A stretch of DNA of 42,677 bases from Saprospiraceae bacterium (GCA_043755305.1 JAYUTD010000034.1:1-42677), one strand, 5' to 3'. Shown: positions 34,793 to 42,677, counted from the stretch's first letter. Made by a program: numbers and translations. Notes: a model not told the origin generated them from the sequence alone.

Positions 34793-35950
34793 ATGAGAAT
34801 ATTTTTTACCATCTTATTATTGTGCACTTACCCCATCAGGCTTTGTTCTCAGGAATATGAGGTAGGTAAATCTTATTTTTCTGAAAACAATTATGTAGAA
34901 TACATAGCAGGTAACCAGCCCATCATCGTATCGGTACCACATGGCGGTGCACTGCTGCCGTCCTCTATTCCAGACAGAGATTGCGCCAATTGTACTACAG
35001 TAAAGGATGCCAATACACAAGAACTGTGTCGTGAAATTTTAAAAGAATTTTATGCAGAGACCGGCTGTTATCCCCACATCATTATTAACCTACTGCACAG
35101 AAAAAAACTTGATGCCAACCGGGAAATTGATGAAGCGGCCAATGGCAATGCCGAAGCAGAAGTCGCGTGGAACGCTTACCACGATTTTATCAAGAATGCC
35201 AAAGAAAATATTGAACGCAACTGGGGCAAAGGCCTTTTTATAGATTTGCATGGGCATGGCCATACAAAACAAAGATTGGAACTGGGCTACCTTCTGTCCA
35301 CATCAGAGCTTTTGATGAGCAACGATGCGCTCAATTCACCAAAATTAATGGAAGGCTCAAGCATAAGACAGTTAGCTCGTATGAATAAAATGAATTTAAC
35401 CCACGCAGACCTTATACGAGGCAGCCAAAGTTTTGGGTCTATTTTAGAGGATGCAGGCTATAATTCTGTTCCTTCAACCAATGATAGTGCGCCGCTTATG
35501 GACGATGACTATTTCAATGGAGGATACAATGTAGCCAGGCATGGCTCTCAGGTATCCGGAAATATTGACGGCATACAGATAGAATGCAATTCAGGTGTAA
35601 GATTTGAATCTGAAAAAAGAAAGGCCTTTGCCAAGGCATTGAGCAATGCGTTGTTGTTGTATGTTAAAACCCATTATTTTGACATCTCCGGTTGCACAAA
35701 AGTAGCGACCGTGGATTTTGATGAAGCGCCAATATTTTATCCTAATCCCGCCAATGATGTCTTGCATATCGACAAGGCTTTTAGGGACAATTCCCTTACC
35801 ATATTCAATGGCTATGGACAAAAGGCGATGGGTGTTGCTATGGACAAAAGCAGGGCTGCCCTTGACGTGTCTATGCTTCCTGAAGGTATTTATTATATTT
35901 CAGTAGATAATCCAAGTGCTAAAAAATTCAAATTTATCATTCTCCGATAG
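34793..35950 (+). CDS. FGase/PghP-like zinc amidohydrolase-fold enzyme fused to a T9SS type-A C-terminal sorting domain
   Basis: Has a signal peptide. The blocks PIIVSVPHGGALLP, DANTQEL, LHRKKLDANRE, WNAYHDFI and LFIDLHGHGH follow the motif order of the N-formylglutamate amidohydrolase / poly-gamma-glutamate hydrolase superfamily. The last ~75 aa (IFYPNPANDVLHID...LTIFNGYGQK...LDVSMLPEGIYYISV...KKFKFIILR) form a textbook T9SS CTD. Confidence 0.5.
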   Translation: MRIFFTILLLCTYPIRLCSQEYEVGKSYFSENNYVEYIAGNQPIIVSVPHGGALLPSSIPDRDCANCTTVKDANTQELCREILKEFYAETGCYPHIIINLLHRKKLDANREIDEAANGNAEAEVAWNAYHDFIKNAKENIERNWGKGLFIDLHGHGHTKQRLELGYLLSTSELLMSNDALNSPKLMEGSSIRQLARMNKMNLTHADLIRGSQSFGSILEDAGYNSVPSTNDSAPLMDDDYFNGGYNVARHGSQVSGNIDGIQIECNSGVRFESEKRKAFAKALSNALLLYVKTHYFDISGCTKVATVDFDEAPIFYPNPANDVLHIDKAFRDNSLTIFNGYGQKAMGVAMDKSRAALDVSMLPEGIYYISVDNPSAKKFKFIILR

Positions 35951-35954
35951 GCCA

Positions 35955-37400
35955 TCATAGCGACACTTTCACAAGATTGATTTTGCCATTTTTTTCGCTT
36001 GGCACTACAAATGTATTTGAAGAAATCTGAACCCCATCCTTAAACCTAAGCCTCAGGTTTTTGTATTCAGTACTCAATAGTGAATTCCTTTTAAAATTAC
36101 CCAACGGGTCGATGACATATTCGCTAACCGTATTGGCATTTTTTATTTCATCGTTGAAAATAATATGCATTTGTGAAGGGACTTTTAGGATAAAAAATGA
36201 AGAATAGATTCCTTCATCGTCCTGGCTGTACTGCTTTTTAAATAAAATCTTGCGCCAGGTCTGATTGCCTTGCGGATCCACCGAGATAACTGCCAGATCT
36301 TCGCAATAATAATCTATGTAACTTCTTCCTCCAAATGATCTGTCAGAAAAGGCTCTGTCAAATGCAGGTACACCATTGCGTCTTGAATACTCTCTCTGAA
36401 GTTCAGCAATAATAATGATTCCGCCATCCTTTCTGTGAAAGATTTCCCTTATGAAAAAATCATTTAAATAATTGTTTTTTGTCTTATACTCCAATCCGTT
36501 GAGGTCTTTCAGGATACTGTCATCATAGTATCGCTTGTTTATTTCGATAATTCCATTCTGCACAAGTTCCTTGAAGCCCAATAGTACAGTAAAAAATCCC
36601 TCGGTTTCAATTTCACTTTTAGAAGACCACAAGCCGGCAATTTTTATCTGCTTATTGATGTTGTCAAAACTCATTTTCACCCCACTATTGACTGTATTTA
36701 TCGAAGAAATTTCTGTAGTGTTAAGTTTATTATTGATCAATGACAATAGTCCTATAAAATGCCGCTCTTTGTCCCAGCTTGAATTGTTCTTTTCAAAAAG
36801 AATGAATATTTCTCCATTATTGCTTATCTCTATCTCCTCAAATTCCTCCGGCAATCTATAGTTGTGGTTGATTACGTCATAATTATTGATCAACTTAAAG
36901 GTTTTGGTATCAATTAATATCAGAGAAAGGTTTTTCTTCTCAAAATTAAACAAAAGCAATTTGCTTTTGTCTTCAGACAATGTGGACCGGTATTCGCCCA
37001 CATCGATGGATACTTCACTTTCCAGTATGCTTAGTGTGTCTTTCAAATTGATATCCTTGTCGTATTTATTGCCTTTGATATAGTACATCCCTTCTTTCTT
37101 GTAAGAATAATAGATGTTTAAAGTACTATCTACGGTGTGTATGGATTCAATGAATGATTTTTTTTCACCCAACTCTATTTGGGCAGTCCTCCTGAAATTA
37201 AGGTCTTTGTCAAAAATGTCAAAATAGTATTCAAATCCTTTGTCCCGGTAAAAATAACACTTGTCTTCGATGTTTAGCAAGTCATAGGCATAGTCATTTC
37301 TTATGTTGATTTCTCTCGAAATCTGCACTTCCTGGGCATTCAACCAAGAATTTATAAGTATAACAATAAGTATTATTACTATGCAATTGTTTCTGTACAT
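35955..37400 (-). CDS. Hypothetical secreted protein (481 aa), Asn/Ile/Lys-rich
   Basis: A long ORF with an N-terminal signal/anchor (IVIILIVILINSWLNAQ). I recognised no motif. The gene is visibly more AT-rich than its neighbours. It is convergent with the previous gene, with a 4-nt gap. Confidence 0.45.
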   Translation of the reverse strand: MYRNNCIVIILIVILINSWLNAQEVQISREINIRNDYAYDLLNIEDKCYFYRDKGFEYYFDIFDKDLNFRRTAQIELGEKKSFIESIHTVDSTLNIYYSYKKEGMYYIKGNKYDKDINLKDTLSILESEVSIDVGEYRSTLSEDKSKLLLFNFEKKNLSLILIDTKTFKLINNYDVINHNYRLPEEFEEIEISNNGEIFILFEKNNSSWDKERHFIGLLSLINNKLNTTEISSINTVNSGVKMSFDNINKQIKIAGLWSSKSEIETEGFFTVLLGFKELVQNGIIEINKRYYDDSILKDLNGLEYKTKNNYLNDFFIREIFHRKDGGIIIIAELQREYSRRNGVPAFDRAFSDRSFGGRSYIDYYCEDLAVISVDPQGNQTWRKILFKKQYSQDDEGIYSSFFILKVPSQMHIIFNDEIKNANTVSEYVIDPLGNFKRNSLLSTEYKNLRLRFKDGVQISSNTFVVPSEKNGKINLVKVSL

Positions 37401-37474
37401 ACGATCTATCTATAGTATAAAATTAAATAAATTATTGATATATTTAGCTCAAAAAACAATAAAACTATATTTGG

Positions 37475-37885
37475 ATGAAAAGAGTAACGGGAATTGGCGG
37501 CATTTTTTTTAAATGCAAGGATGTAGAAGCCAGCAAAAAGTGGTACAAAGACCACCTGGGCATAGAGACCGATCAATATGGTGGCTGTTTTAGATGGTAT
37601 GATGGGCAAGGTAAGAAAGGCCACACGGTATGGAGTACTTTTAAGAAGGATACCACTTATTTTGATCCATCTCCAAGCGATTTTATGGTCAATTACCGGG
37701 TAGAAAATCTGGTGGCCCTCTTGCCAGTGCTAAAGGAAGAAGGGGTCACTATTGTAGGGGAAATGGACGACCAGGTATATGGCAAATTTGCCTGGGTACT
37801 TGACGCAGATGGCAATAAAATAGAGCTATGGGAGCCACCGCAGGATTTTGAGCAATATACGGGAGTGGTGCAGGATAGTAAGTAG
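37475..37885 (+). CDS. VOC (glyoxalase-like) family protein
   Basis: 136 aa. GIGGIFFKCKDVEASKKWYKDHLGI...FMVNYRVENL..LL..LKEEGV....E.....YGKFAWVLDADGNKIELWEP is the common small VOC/glyoxalase-like pattern. Confidence 0.7.
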   Translation: MKRVTGIGGIFFKCKDVEASKKWYKDHLGIETDQYGGCFRWYDGQGKKGHTVWSTFKKDTTYFDPSPSDFMVNYRVENLVALLPVLKEEGVTIVGEMDDQVYGKFAWVLDADGNKIELWEPPQDFEQYTGVVQDSK

Positions 37886-37905
37886 CGTGGATAAATCTTA
37901 TAATT

Positions 37906-37940
37906 GTTCGAAGTCGTCCCCAAGATACTTGGGGATCGAA
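37906..37940. repeat. REP-like palindromic element, copy A
   Basis: GTTCGAAGTCG-TCCCCAAG-ata-CTTGGGGA-TCGAA, located 20 nt after the VOC stop and followed by a T-rich tract. It shares the frame GTCGAAGTCGTCCC...GGGATCGA with the copies at 39091 and 39180. Confidence 0.6.
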
Positions 37941-38097
37941 AAGCTCTTTGTTTTTGGGCTTTGTATAAAGACTTGGAACAGTGAGGCTTCCTCCATAATG
38001 CAAATAGGTCTTAAATAGTAAAGTAAAACCATCAAAAAATCTACTTGACAAGTTGACAAGAATATAGTAATTTTACCAAAAAATATAAATTTAGTTG

Positions 38098-38337
38098 ATG
38101 AAAACAATGCATATAGGTGAATTTAAAGCCCAGTTTTCTGAGGTATTGGAATGGGTAAAAAACGGAAATATGATAAGAGTGGTAAAAGGTAAGAGCAATG
38201 AATTGGTTGGTTATTTCACTCTAAAATCAAATGAAACCACAATTAAGAAAAGAAAATTGGGCATTGCCGCAGGTAAGGGTAAAGTCAAATTTATTGGAAA
38301 TATCAATACATCTGAAAAAGAATTCTTTGGGTCATGA
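38098..38337 (+). CDS. Type II antitoxin (Phd/YefM- or VapB-like)
   Basis: 79 aa. The N-terminal pattern IGEFKAQFSEVLEWVKNGNMIRVVKGKSNELVGYF is typical of Phd/YefM-type antitoxins. Its stop overlaps the PIN toxin start (ATGA). Confidence 0.6.
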   Translation: MKTMHIGEFKAQFSEVLEWVKNGNMIRVVKGKSNELVGYFTLKSNETTIKKRKLGIAAGKGKVKFIGNINTSEKEFFGS

Positions 38338-38735
38338 AAGAATTTTTACTTGATACCCACATATTAATTTGGGCAGCAACTGAAACAAAAAAAAATTCAC
38401 CTAAAGTGAATGCTATTTTAGAAGATATAGAAAATACGATTTATGTAAACTTAATTTCATTTTGGGAAATATCCCTTAAATACGCCAAAGGAAGTTTGAA
38501 TTTAGGCAAGCATAGACCTGAGGATTTTCCATATTACTGTATTGAAATGGGATTCAGACTCATCAATCTCAACGAGAATCTTTCTTCCTCGATATATCAA
38601 CTTACGGCAGATTACCATCGAGACCCATTCGATAGAATGCTTATTTGGCAAGCCATCCAAAACAATTTTACACTGATTACGGATGATAAGTATATAAAAA
38701 TGTATCAAAGCGAAGGGCTAAAGACTTTGTGGTAG
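38334..38735 (+). CDS. vapC: PIN-domain toxin, VapC family
   Basis: 133 aa. LLDTHILIWA (first acidic residue), FWEISLKYAKG, DPFDRMLIWQA and LITDD provide the PIN acidic quartet in canonical order. Confidence 0.8.
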   Translation: MKEFLLDTHILIWAATETKKNSPKVNAILEDIENTIYVNLISFWEISLKYAKGSLNLGKHRPEDFPYYCIEMGFRLINLNENLSSSIYQLTADYHRDPFDRMLIWQAIQNNFTLITDDKYIKMYQSEGLKTLW

Positions 38736-38795
38736 AACAAAAATTTTTAAACATAAAGTGTCGCAAAAAATATTTCCTGGCAAAGTGCTAGCCTT

Positions 38796-39023
38796 GCTAC
38801 CCTAAGTCTTAAAACCTCCCTCATAACCAAAAGGGCTGCCTCAATGTCTCAGACTTGAGGCTCATATCTTTAAACCAATTGTACTTCTATGTTCCATTGT
38901 AAAAGTACCCGCTACCCTAAGTCTTAAAAACTCCCTCATAACCAAAAGGGCTGCCTCAATGTCTCAGACTTGAGGCTCATATCTATAAAACCATTGTACT
39001 AGTATGTTCCATTGTAAAAGTAA
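38796..39023. repeat. Tandem direct duplication, 2 x ~115 bp, each copy carrying a 7-bp-stem hairpin
   Basis: GCTACCCTAAGTCTTAAAA(C/A)CTCCCTCATAACCAAAAGGGCTGCCTCAATGTCTCAGACTTGAGGCTCATATCT...CCATTGTAAAAGTA occurs twice head to tail. I count about 6-7 differences by eye. The internal hairpin is GCCTCAA-tgtctcagac-TTGAGGC. Confidence 0.85.
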
Positions 39024-39090
39024 TATTTTTTTTCATTAGCCAAAAGTAATTGTATCTAAGTCTAATCGGACAGAGCTTATTTAACTAACA

Positions 39091-39118
39091 GGTCGAGGTC
39101 GGCCCCCAAGAAGCTTGC
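39091..39118. repeat. REP-like element, copy B (right arm degenerate)
   Basis: GGTCGAGGTCGGCCCCCAAGAAGCTTG shares the left arm with copies A and C but lacks the GGGGATCGA right arm. Confidence 0.45.
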
Positions 39119-39179
39119 CATCTAACAGCTCACAATATGTGGGGTGAAAAAGACTTCAGACAGCTAGGTAGTGATATTT

Positions 39180-39214
39180 GGTCGAAGTCGTCCCGATGTA
39201 CATCGGGATCGACC
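39180..39214. repeat. REP-like palindromic element, copy C
   Basis: GGTCGAAGTCG-TCCCGATG-ta-CATCGGGA-TCGACC. It is nested inside a further 8-bp inverted repeat, CTTCAGAC (39154) ... GTCTGAAG (39232). Confidence 0.65.
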
Positions 39215-39303
39215 AGCTCGTATTAAGGGAAGTCTGAAGGCAGCTGATGATATACGTCTAAATATTAAAATAAGGTTCTCTTTTCATATCGCAGCACTAT
39301 CTA

Positions 39304-39341
39304 CAAAAAAAAGAGACTCAAATCTTCAAGTCTCTTTTTTT
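39304..39341 (-). terminator. Bidirectional intrinsic terminator downstream of the 348-aa T9SS cargo gene
   Basis: AAAAAAAA-GAGACT-caaatcttca-AGTCTC-TTTTTTT. The stem is flanked by an A-run and a T-run, and it lies 22 nt after the stop codon at 39363. Confidence 0.75.
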
Positions 39342-39362
39342 ATATGTCTATCTTAATAAATT

Positions 39363-40409
39363 TTAATTCAAAAGAAATACCTGCTTTGTCTTTCTCTTGC
39401 TGCCATCGCTCACTTGTATAAAGTATGATCCGCTGCATGCCTGAATGTTTTCCATTTGGAAAGTATTGCTTCCACTTTTGTTAATGTTGAAGCTTACCTC
39501 TTTGCCATTGACATCATACATAGCTATGATTGGATTGCTGACATCTCCTTTGATGGTCAACTGCACAGTCTGAGGTGCTATGACGGTTTCAAAATCCAAT
39601 GCATCCTTTGACGGATCATCTATAGCTGAAGTATTGTCCAACACGATGGCTGTCTCTCTGGCATTGATAAAAATGTATTTGCCACTTGCTACTTTATTCC
39701 ACAATACCGTGACAATCTTAGTATCTTCCAATTTGCCATTGTGCAGGATCAATTCATCCAATGTAGCAGTTGTCGAAAGTTCAGTATTTTTGGCAACTGG
39801 TGCTTTTGCTATTTTTGCGCCAAAATAATCAGCAGTCAGACTTTTGTCCAGCACACTGTGGTGCACGGCATTTGGTCCTATGGAAGCTTGGGTCCACACA
39901 AGGTTCTTTTTTACAAGATAGGTGCCTACGAAATATTCACCGCTTTCCACCTCATCAGGAAATTTGACTTTGGTTTTAGCGGTCAATACCTTACCTTTCA
40001 ATGTAGCCTCACTGCCCATAAAAACAGAAGCGCCCAACAAGGAAAGGTCACTTATATACCCAACCGTTTCCGCTACTTTGGCATCCACATTATTGGAGGT
40101 AACTTGCAAATCGTCTGCATCTGTATTGAGATAAAATTCAGGTTGCCCAAAGCCTCCAAAATTGGTAGCAAGTGCTTGTGAAGTCGGCGTTGCCAGACCA
40201 CCAGAGTGATGGACACTCCAAAATATCAGGTCTAAGCCGGCTGCTTGTTTGATCAATTTTTCAGTAAATGACCATCCATAAGTGCCGCATTTTGGACACC
40301 AGTCGGCCGATTTTTTGGAAATAAGGGTAGTTTGCGTTTCGGTTACAGTTTGTGCATTGGTGTAAATAGATGCAACAATAACCAAAAATAGGGGGAAAAA
40401 TTTTTTCAT
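39363..40409 (-). CDS. Secreted thioredoxin-fold-like (Omp28-related?) protein with a T9SS C-terminal sorting domain
   Basis: Has a signal peptide and an N-terminal CxxC motif (SADWCPKCGTYGW). The C-terminal ~80 aa (VQLTIKGD..IAMYDVNGKEV......FQMENIQACSGSYFIQVSDGSKRKTKQVFLLN) have the T9SS CTD pattern. Confidence 0.5.
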   Translation of the reverse strand: MKKFFPLFLVIVASIYTNAQTVTETQTTLISKKSADWCPKCGTYGWSFTEKLIKQAAGLDLIFWSVHHSGGLATPTSQALATNFGGFGQPEFYLNTDADDLQVTSNNVDAKVAETVGYISDLSLLGASVFMGSEATLKGKVLTAKTKVKFPDEVESGEYFVGTYLVKKNLVWTQASIGPNAVHHSVLDKSLTADYFGAKIAKAPVAKNTELSTTATLDELILHNGKLEDTKIVTVLWNKVASGKYIFINARETAIVLDNTSAIDDPSKDALDFETVIAPQTVQLTIKGDVSNPIIAMYDVNGKEVSFNINKSGSNTFQMENIQACSGSYFIQVSDGSKRKTKQVFLLN

Positions 40410-40551
40410 GAGAATGTTTGATATTAATAAGAAAATACAAATTTATACTATAATAAACCGTAAGTCAACAAAAAGTTGGACTTTAACCTTTTAAAACATA
40501 CAGCAACTTTTAATTATTGGACAATAGGCGTACATACCAAATATTGTTTGT

Positions 40552-42030
40552 CTACTGTAAAGTCCAGGTCGTGTTGTCTTTGCCATCTTTGACCTGAATC
40601 TTAAGTTCATTCAGTGTATCCCGAATCTTGTCAGAAGTAGGCCAATCCTTATTTGTCCTGGCACTTTGCCTCAAATCCAGGATCAATCGCATCATGCCAT
40701 TCATCGCATCGCTGCTTGTGTCGCTGGAGGTTTCCTCTTTCAATGCCAATACATCCAATACAAAGGATTGGAGTTTATGCTTTAACACACTAAGGCAATC
40801 TGCTGATATAGAATCCATAGCAAGCTGACCTTCAGCCAAAGAATTGATTTTAGTTACCAATTCAAATATATTGGCCAATGCTCGGGGTGTGGAAAAATCA
40901 TCATCCATATCGCTGTAAAAAGCCTCTATGCCGTTGTATATATCCTGGTCAATGCTTCCGCTTGTGGCTGCGCTCTCCAGTGTTGCTAATTTCTTGAGTG
41001 CCTCCATCAATCGCTTATACCCTTTCTCGGCAGCTAGCAATGCTTCGTCGGTAAGGTCAAGCGTAGATCTGTAGTGGCTTTGCAACATAAAAAATTTCAC
41101 CACCATAGGTGAGTAAGCCTTAGATATATGCGGGCTATCTCCTGTAAACAATTCACCGGGTGATATCGTATTGCCGTCGCTTTTTGACATTTTTTTACCA
41201 TTCATAAGCAGCATATTGGTATGTAGCCAATACCTTGCCGGCTGACATCCGCAAGACCCTACATTCTGGGCAATCTCGTTTTCGTGGTGGGGAAATTTCA
41301 AATCATTGCCGCCACCATGTATGTCAAATTTTTCACCAAGATACTTTGTGCTCATTGCAGAACATTCCAGATGCCAGCCCGGAAAACCAACCGACCAGGG
41401 CGAATTCCACTTCATGATATGCTCAGAAGACGCCTGCATCCATATGGCAAAATCAGATGGGTGCCGCTTGTCGTCTTGATTTTTGAGGTCTCTGGACTCT
41501 GCCATCAACTCTTCTATTACTCTGCCTGACAATTTACCATACTCGCCAGTTTTTTCTGCAAATTTGACGGTATCAAAGTAGACGGAGCCATTGGATTCAT
41601 AAGCATATCCATTGTCGAGAATCTGCTGTACCATCTCTATTTGCTCAGGAATATGGCCGGTAGCTCTAGGCTCTATGGATGGCGGCAGGGTATTGAATAT
41701 TCGCATCATGTCATGAAAGCCATTGGTGTACTTTTGTGCCACTTCCATGGGCTCGAGGTGATCTGCTTTCGCCCCTTTGAGCATGCGGTCTTCACCATCA
41801 TCCAGAAGATGACCGACATCGGTAATGTTTCTTACATACCGTACCTTATACCCTAGATGCAATAAATACCTGTATATGATATCAAAACTCATGAAAGTGC
41901 GACAATTGCCCAAATGAACATCACTGTAAACTGTAGGGCCACATACATACATGCCTACAAAACCTTCTTTAAGGGTGGTGAATTTTTCTTTGTCTCGCAC
42001 CAAGCTATTATACACTGTCAATTCTCTCAT
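40552..42030 (-). CDS. cysS: Cysteine--tRNA ligase
   Basis: 492 aa with class I signatures HLGNCRTF (HIGH) and KMSKS. The Zn-binding context CGPTVY...HLEC and the overall length are typical of CysRS. Confidence 0.95.
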   Translation of the reverse strand: MRELTVYNSLVRDKEKFTTLKEGFVGMYVCGPTVYSDVHLGNCRTFMSFDIIYRYLLHLGYKVRYVRNITDVGHLLDDGEDRMLKGAKADHLEPMEVAQKYTNGFHDMMRIFNTLPPSIEPRATGHIPEQIEMVQQILDNGYAYESNGSVYFDTVKFAEKTGEYGKLSGRVIEELMAESRDLKNQDDKRHPSDFAIWMQASSEHIMKWNSPWSVGFPGWHLECSAMSTKYLGEKFDIHGGGNDLKFPHHENEIAQNVGSCGCQPARYWLHTNMLLMNGKKMSKSDGNTISPGELFTGDSPHISKAYSPMVVKFFMLQSHYRSTLDLTDEALLAAEKGYKRLMEALKKLATLESAATSGSIDQDIYNGIEAFYSDMDDDFSTPRALANIFELVTKINSLAEGQLAMDSISADCLSVLKHKLQSFVLDVLALKEETSSDTSSDAMNGMMRLILDLRQSARTNKDWPTSDKIRDTLNELKIQVKDGKDNTTWTLQ

Positions 42031-42350
42031 GCCGCAAAGTTATGAAATATAATAGACAGAATTACATATTATAAAAATAATATATGTGTGTATTGGATAC
42101 CTAATGCCCAGAGGTGTTGGAGAATCTGGTAAATAAAGAAAAAAAAGAGTATTGATTGGACCATATAGCAAAAGAGAAAAGGCAAATAAGCAGAAAATAG
42201 CAATATTGTTTTGCAGCTGCTTTAATGCATAATTATTTGTTAAATAAATACGGTAAGCCTTTGGGATAGCGTGATGAAATAAAATGTATTGGAAGACACC
42301 GCATTCACTTTGCTTATTGAATGCATTACAACCCTTGCCGTTTTCCTTTG

Positions 42351-42665
42351 TCAGGTTCTCATAGTCCCGCCTGCCTTGGCATACTCCGTGGAATTTCTCC
42401 CATATCTGGCAGCGACGGCCATCAAACTCCGCTCTCTATAAGCCTTTAATTCTTTCTCGAGTACTGTAAGTCTTACCCGCTCCCCTATAAGGTAAGAAAT
42501 GAGAAAATTGAAGTTGTCCCGAATAGATGTATATGATTCAAGCTTTTCTCTATAATCCATCACTGAAATACCATTGCCCAGATCAAGGTCTTCAGCAATA
42601 TTTCGCAACCCATTCAGCCTTTTTTCCGCTTCTCCAAGAAACTTATAATTGTGTATTCTTTTCAT
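42351..42665 (-). CDS. Hypothetical helical protein (104 aa)
   Basis: An ORF with an ATG start 12 nt from the right window edge. I recognised no motif, and its upstream context is outside the window. Confidence 0.35.
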   Translation of the reverse strand: MKRIHNYKFLGEAEKRLNGLRNIAEDLDLGNGISVMDYREKLESYTSIRDNFNFLISYLIGERVRLTVLEKELKAYRERSLMAVAARYGRNSTEYAKAGGTMRT

Positions 42666-42677
42666 TATACTATTTTT

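Noticed and set aside
37906-39214. The palindromic elements as integron attC sites, with VapBC as a gene cassette
   Set aside because: There is no intI gene or attI in the window. I could not identify the RYYYAAC / GTTRRRY core sites at the element boundaries. The elements are shorter and more symmetric than typical attC sites.
39171-39356. A 61-aa + strand ORF in the repeat islet, and the 70-aa ORF at 33035..33247
   Set aside because: The first ORF is laid across the palindromic element and the terminator. The second has a Leu/Phe-rich low-complexity translation in an AT-rich spacer. Neither has a plausible start context.

Overview
This 42.7-kb chromosomal segment reads like an AT-rich member of the Bacteroidota that carries a type IX secretion system (T9SS). 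Three proteins end in T9SS-type C-terminal sorting domains, a PorV/PorQ-like barrel is present, TAnnTTTG promoter boxes precede several genes, and TTG starts are frequent. I count about 40 protein genes, mostly core housekeeping: a partial GT1 glycosyltransferase, HIT, greA, ruvC, recO, lpxH, nadA, cysS, a YdiJ-like FAD/Fe-S oxidase, an Lhr-like DExH helicase, a rhomboid protease, dodecin and two VOC proteins. There is also a large outer-membrane block: a TonB-dependent-type barrel, a 1376-aa T9SS cargo and a PorV-like barrel, plus a separate 1083-aa beta-propeller/Omp85 fusion. I recognised no rRNA, tRNA, CRISPR array, transposase or integrase. The signals that ordinary annotation does not explain are non-coding. 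(i) A ~0.7-kb composite repeat island lies between lpxH and the upstream gene. It holds about 50 tandem 9/10-bp AGTTCAAT units that run into the lpxH start codon, plus seven ~25-nt units, several of which carry a mini-hairpin with compensatory stem changes. (ii) A small accessory islet holds a VapBC module bracketed by REP-like covarying hairpins and a 2 x ~115-bp tandem duplication. (iii) A ~0.9-kb ORF-free, locally structured spacer lies upstream of dodecin. (iv) An intrinsic terminator sits inside the greA leader. The conserved-looking trio of TonB-type barrel, giant T9SS cargo and PorV paralog is the best protein-level candidate for an uncharacterised system. All family calls come from motif recognition by eye and no searches were run. 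Hand-derived coordinates may be off by 1-2 nt.
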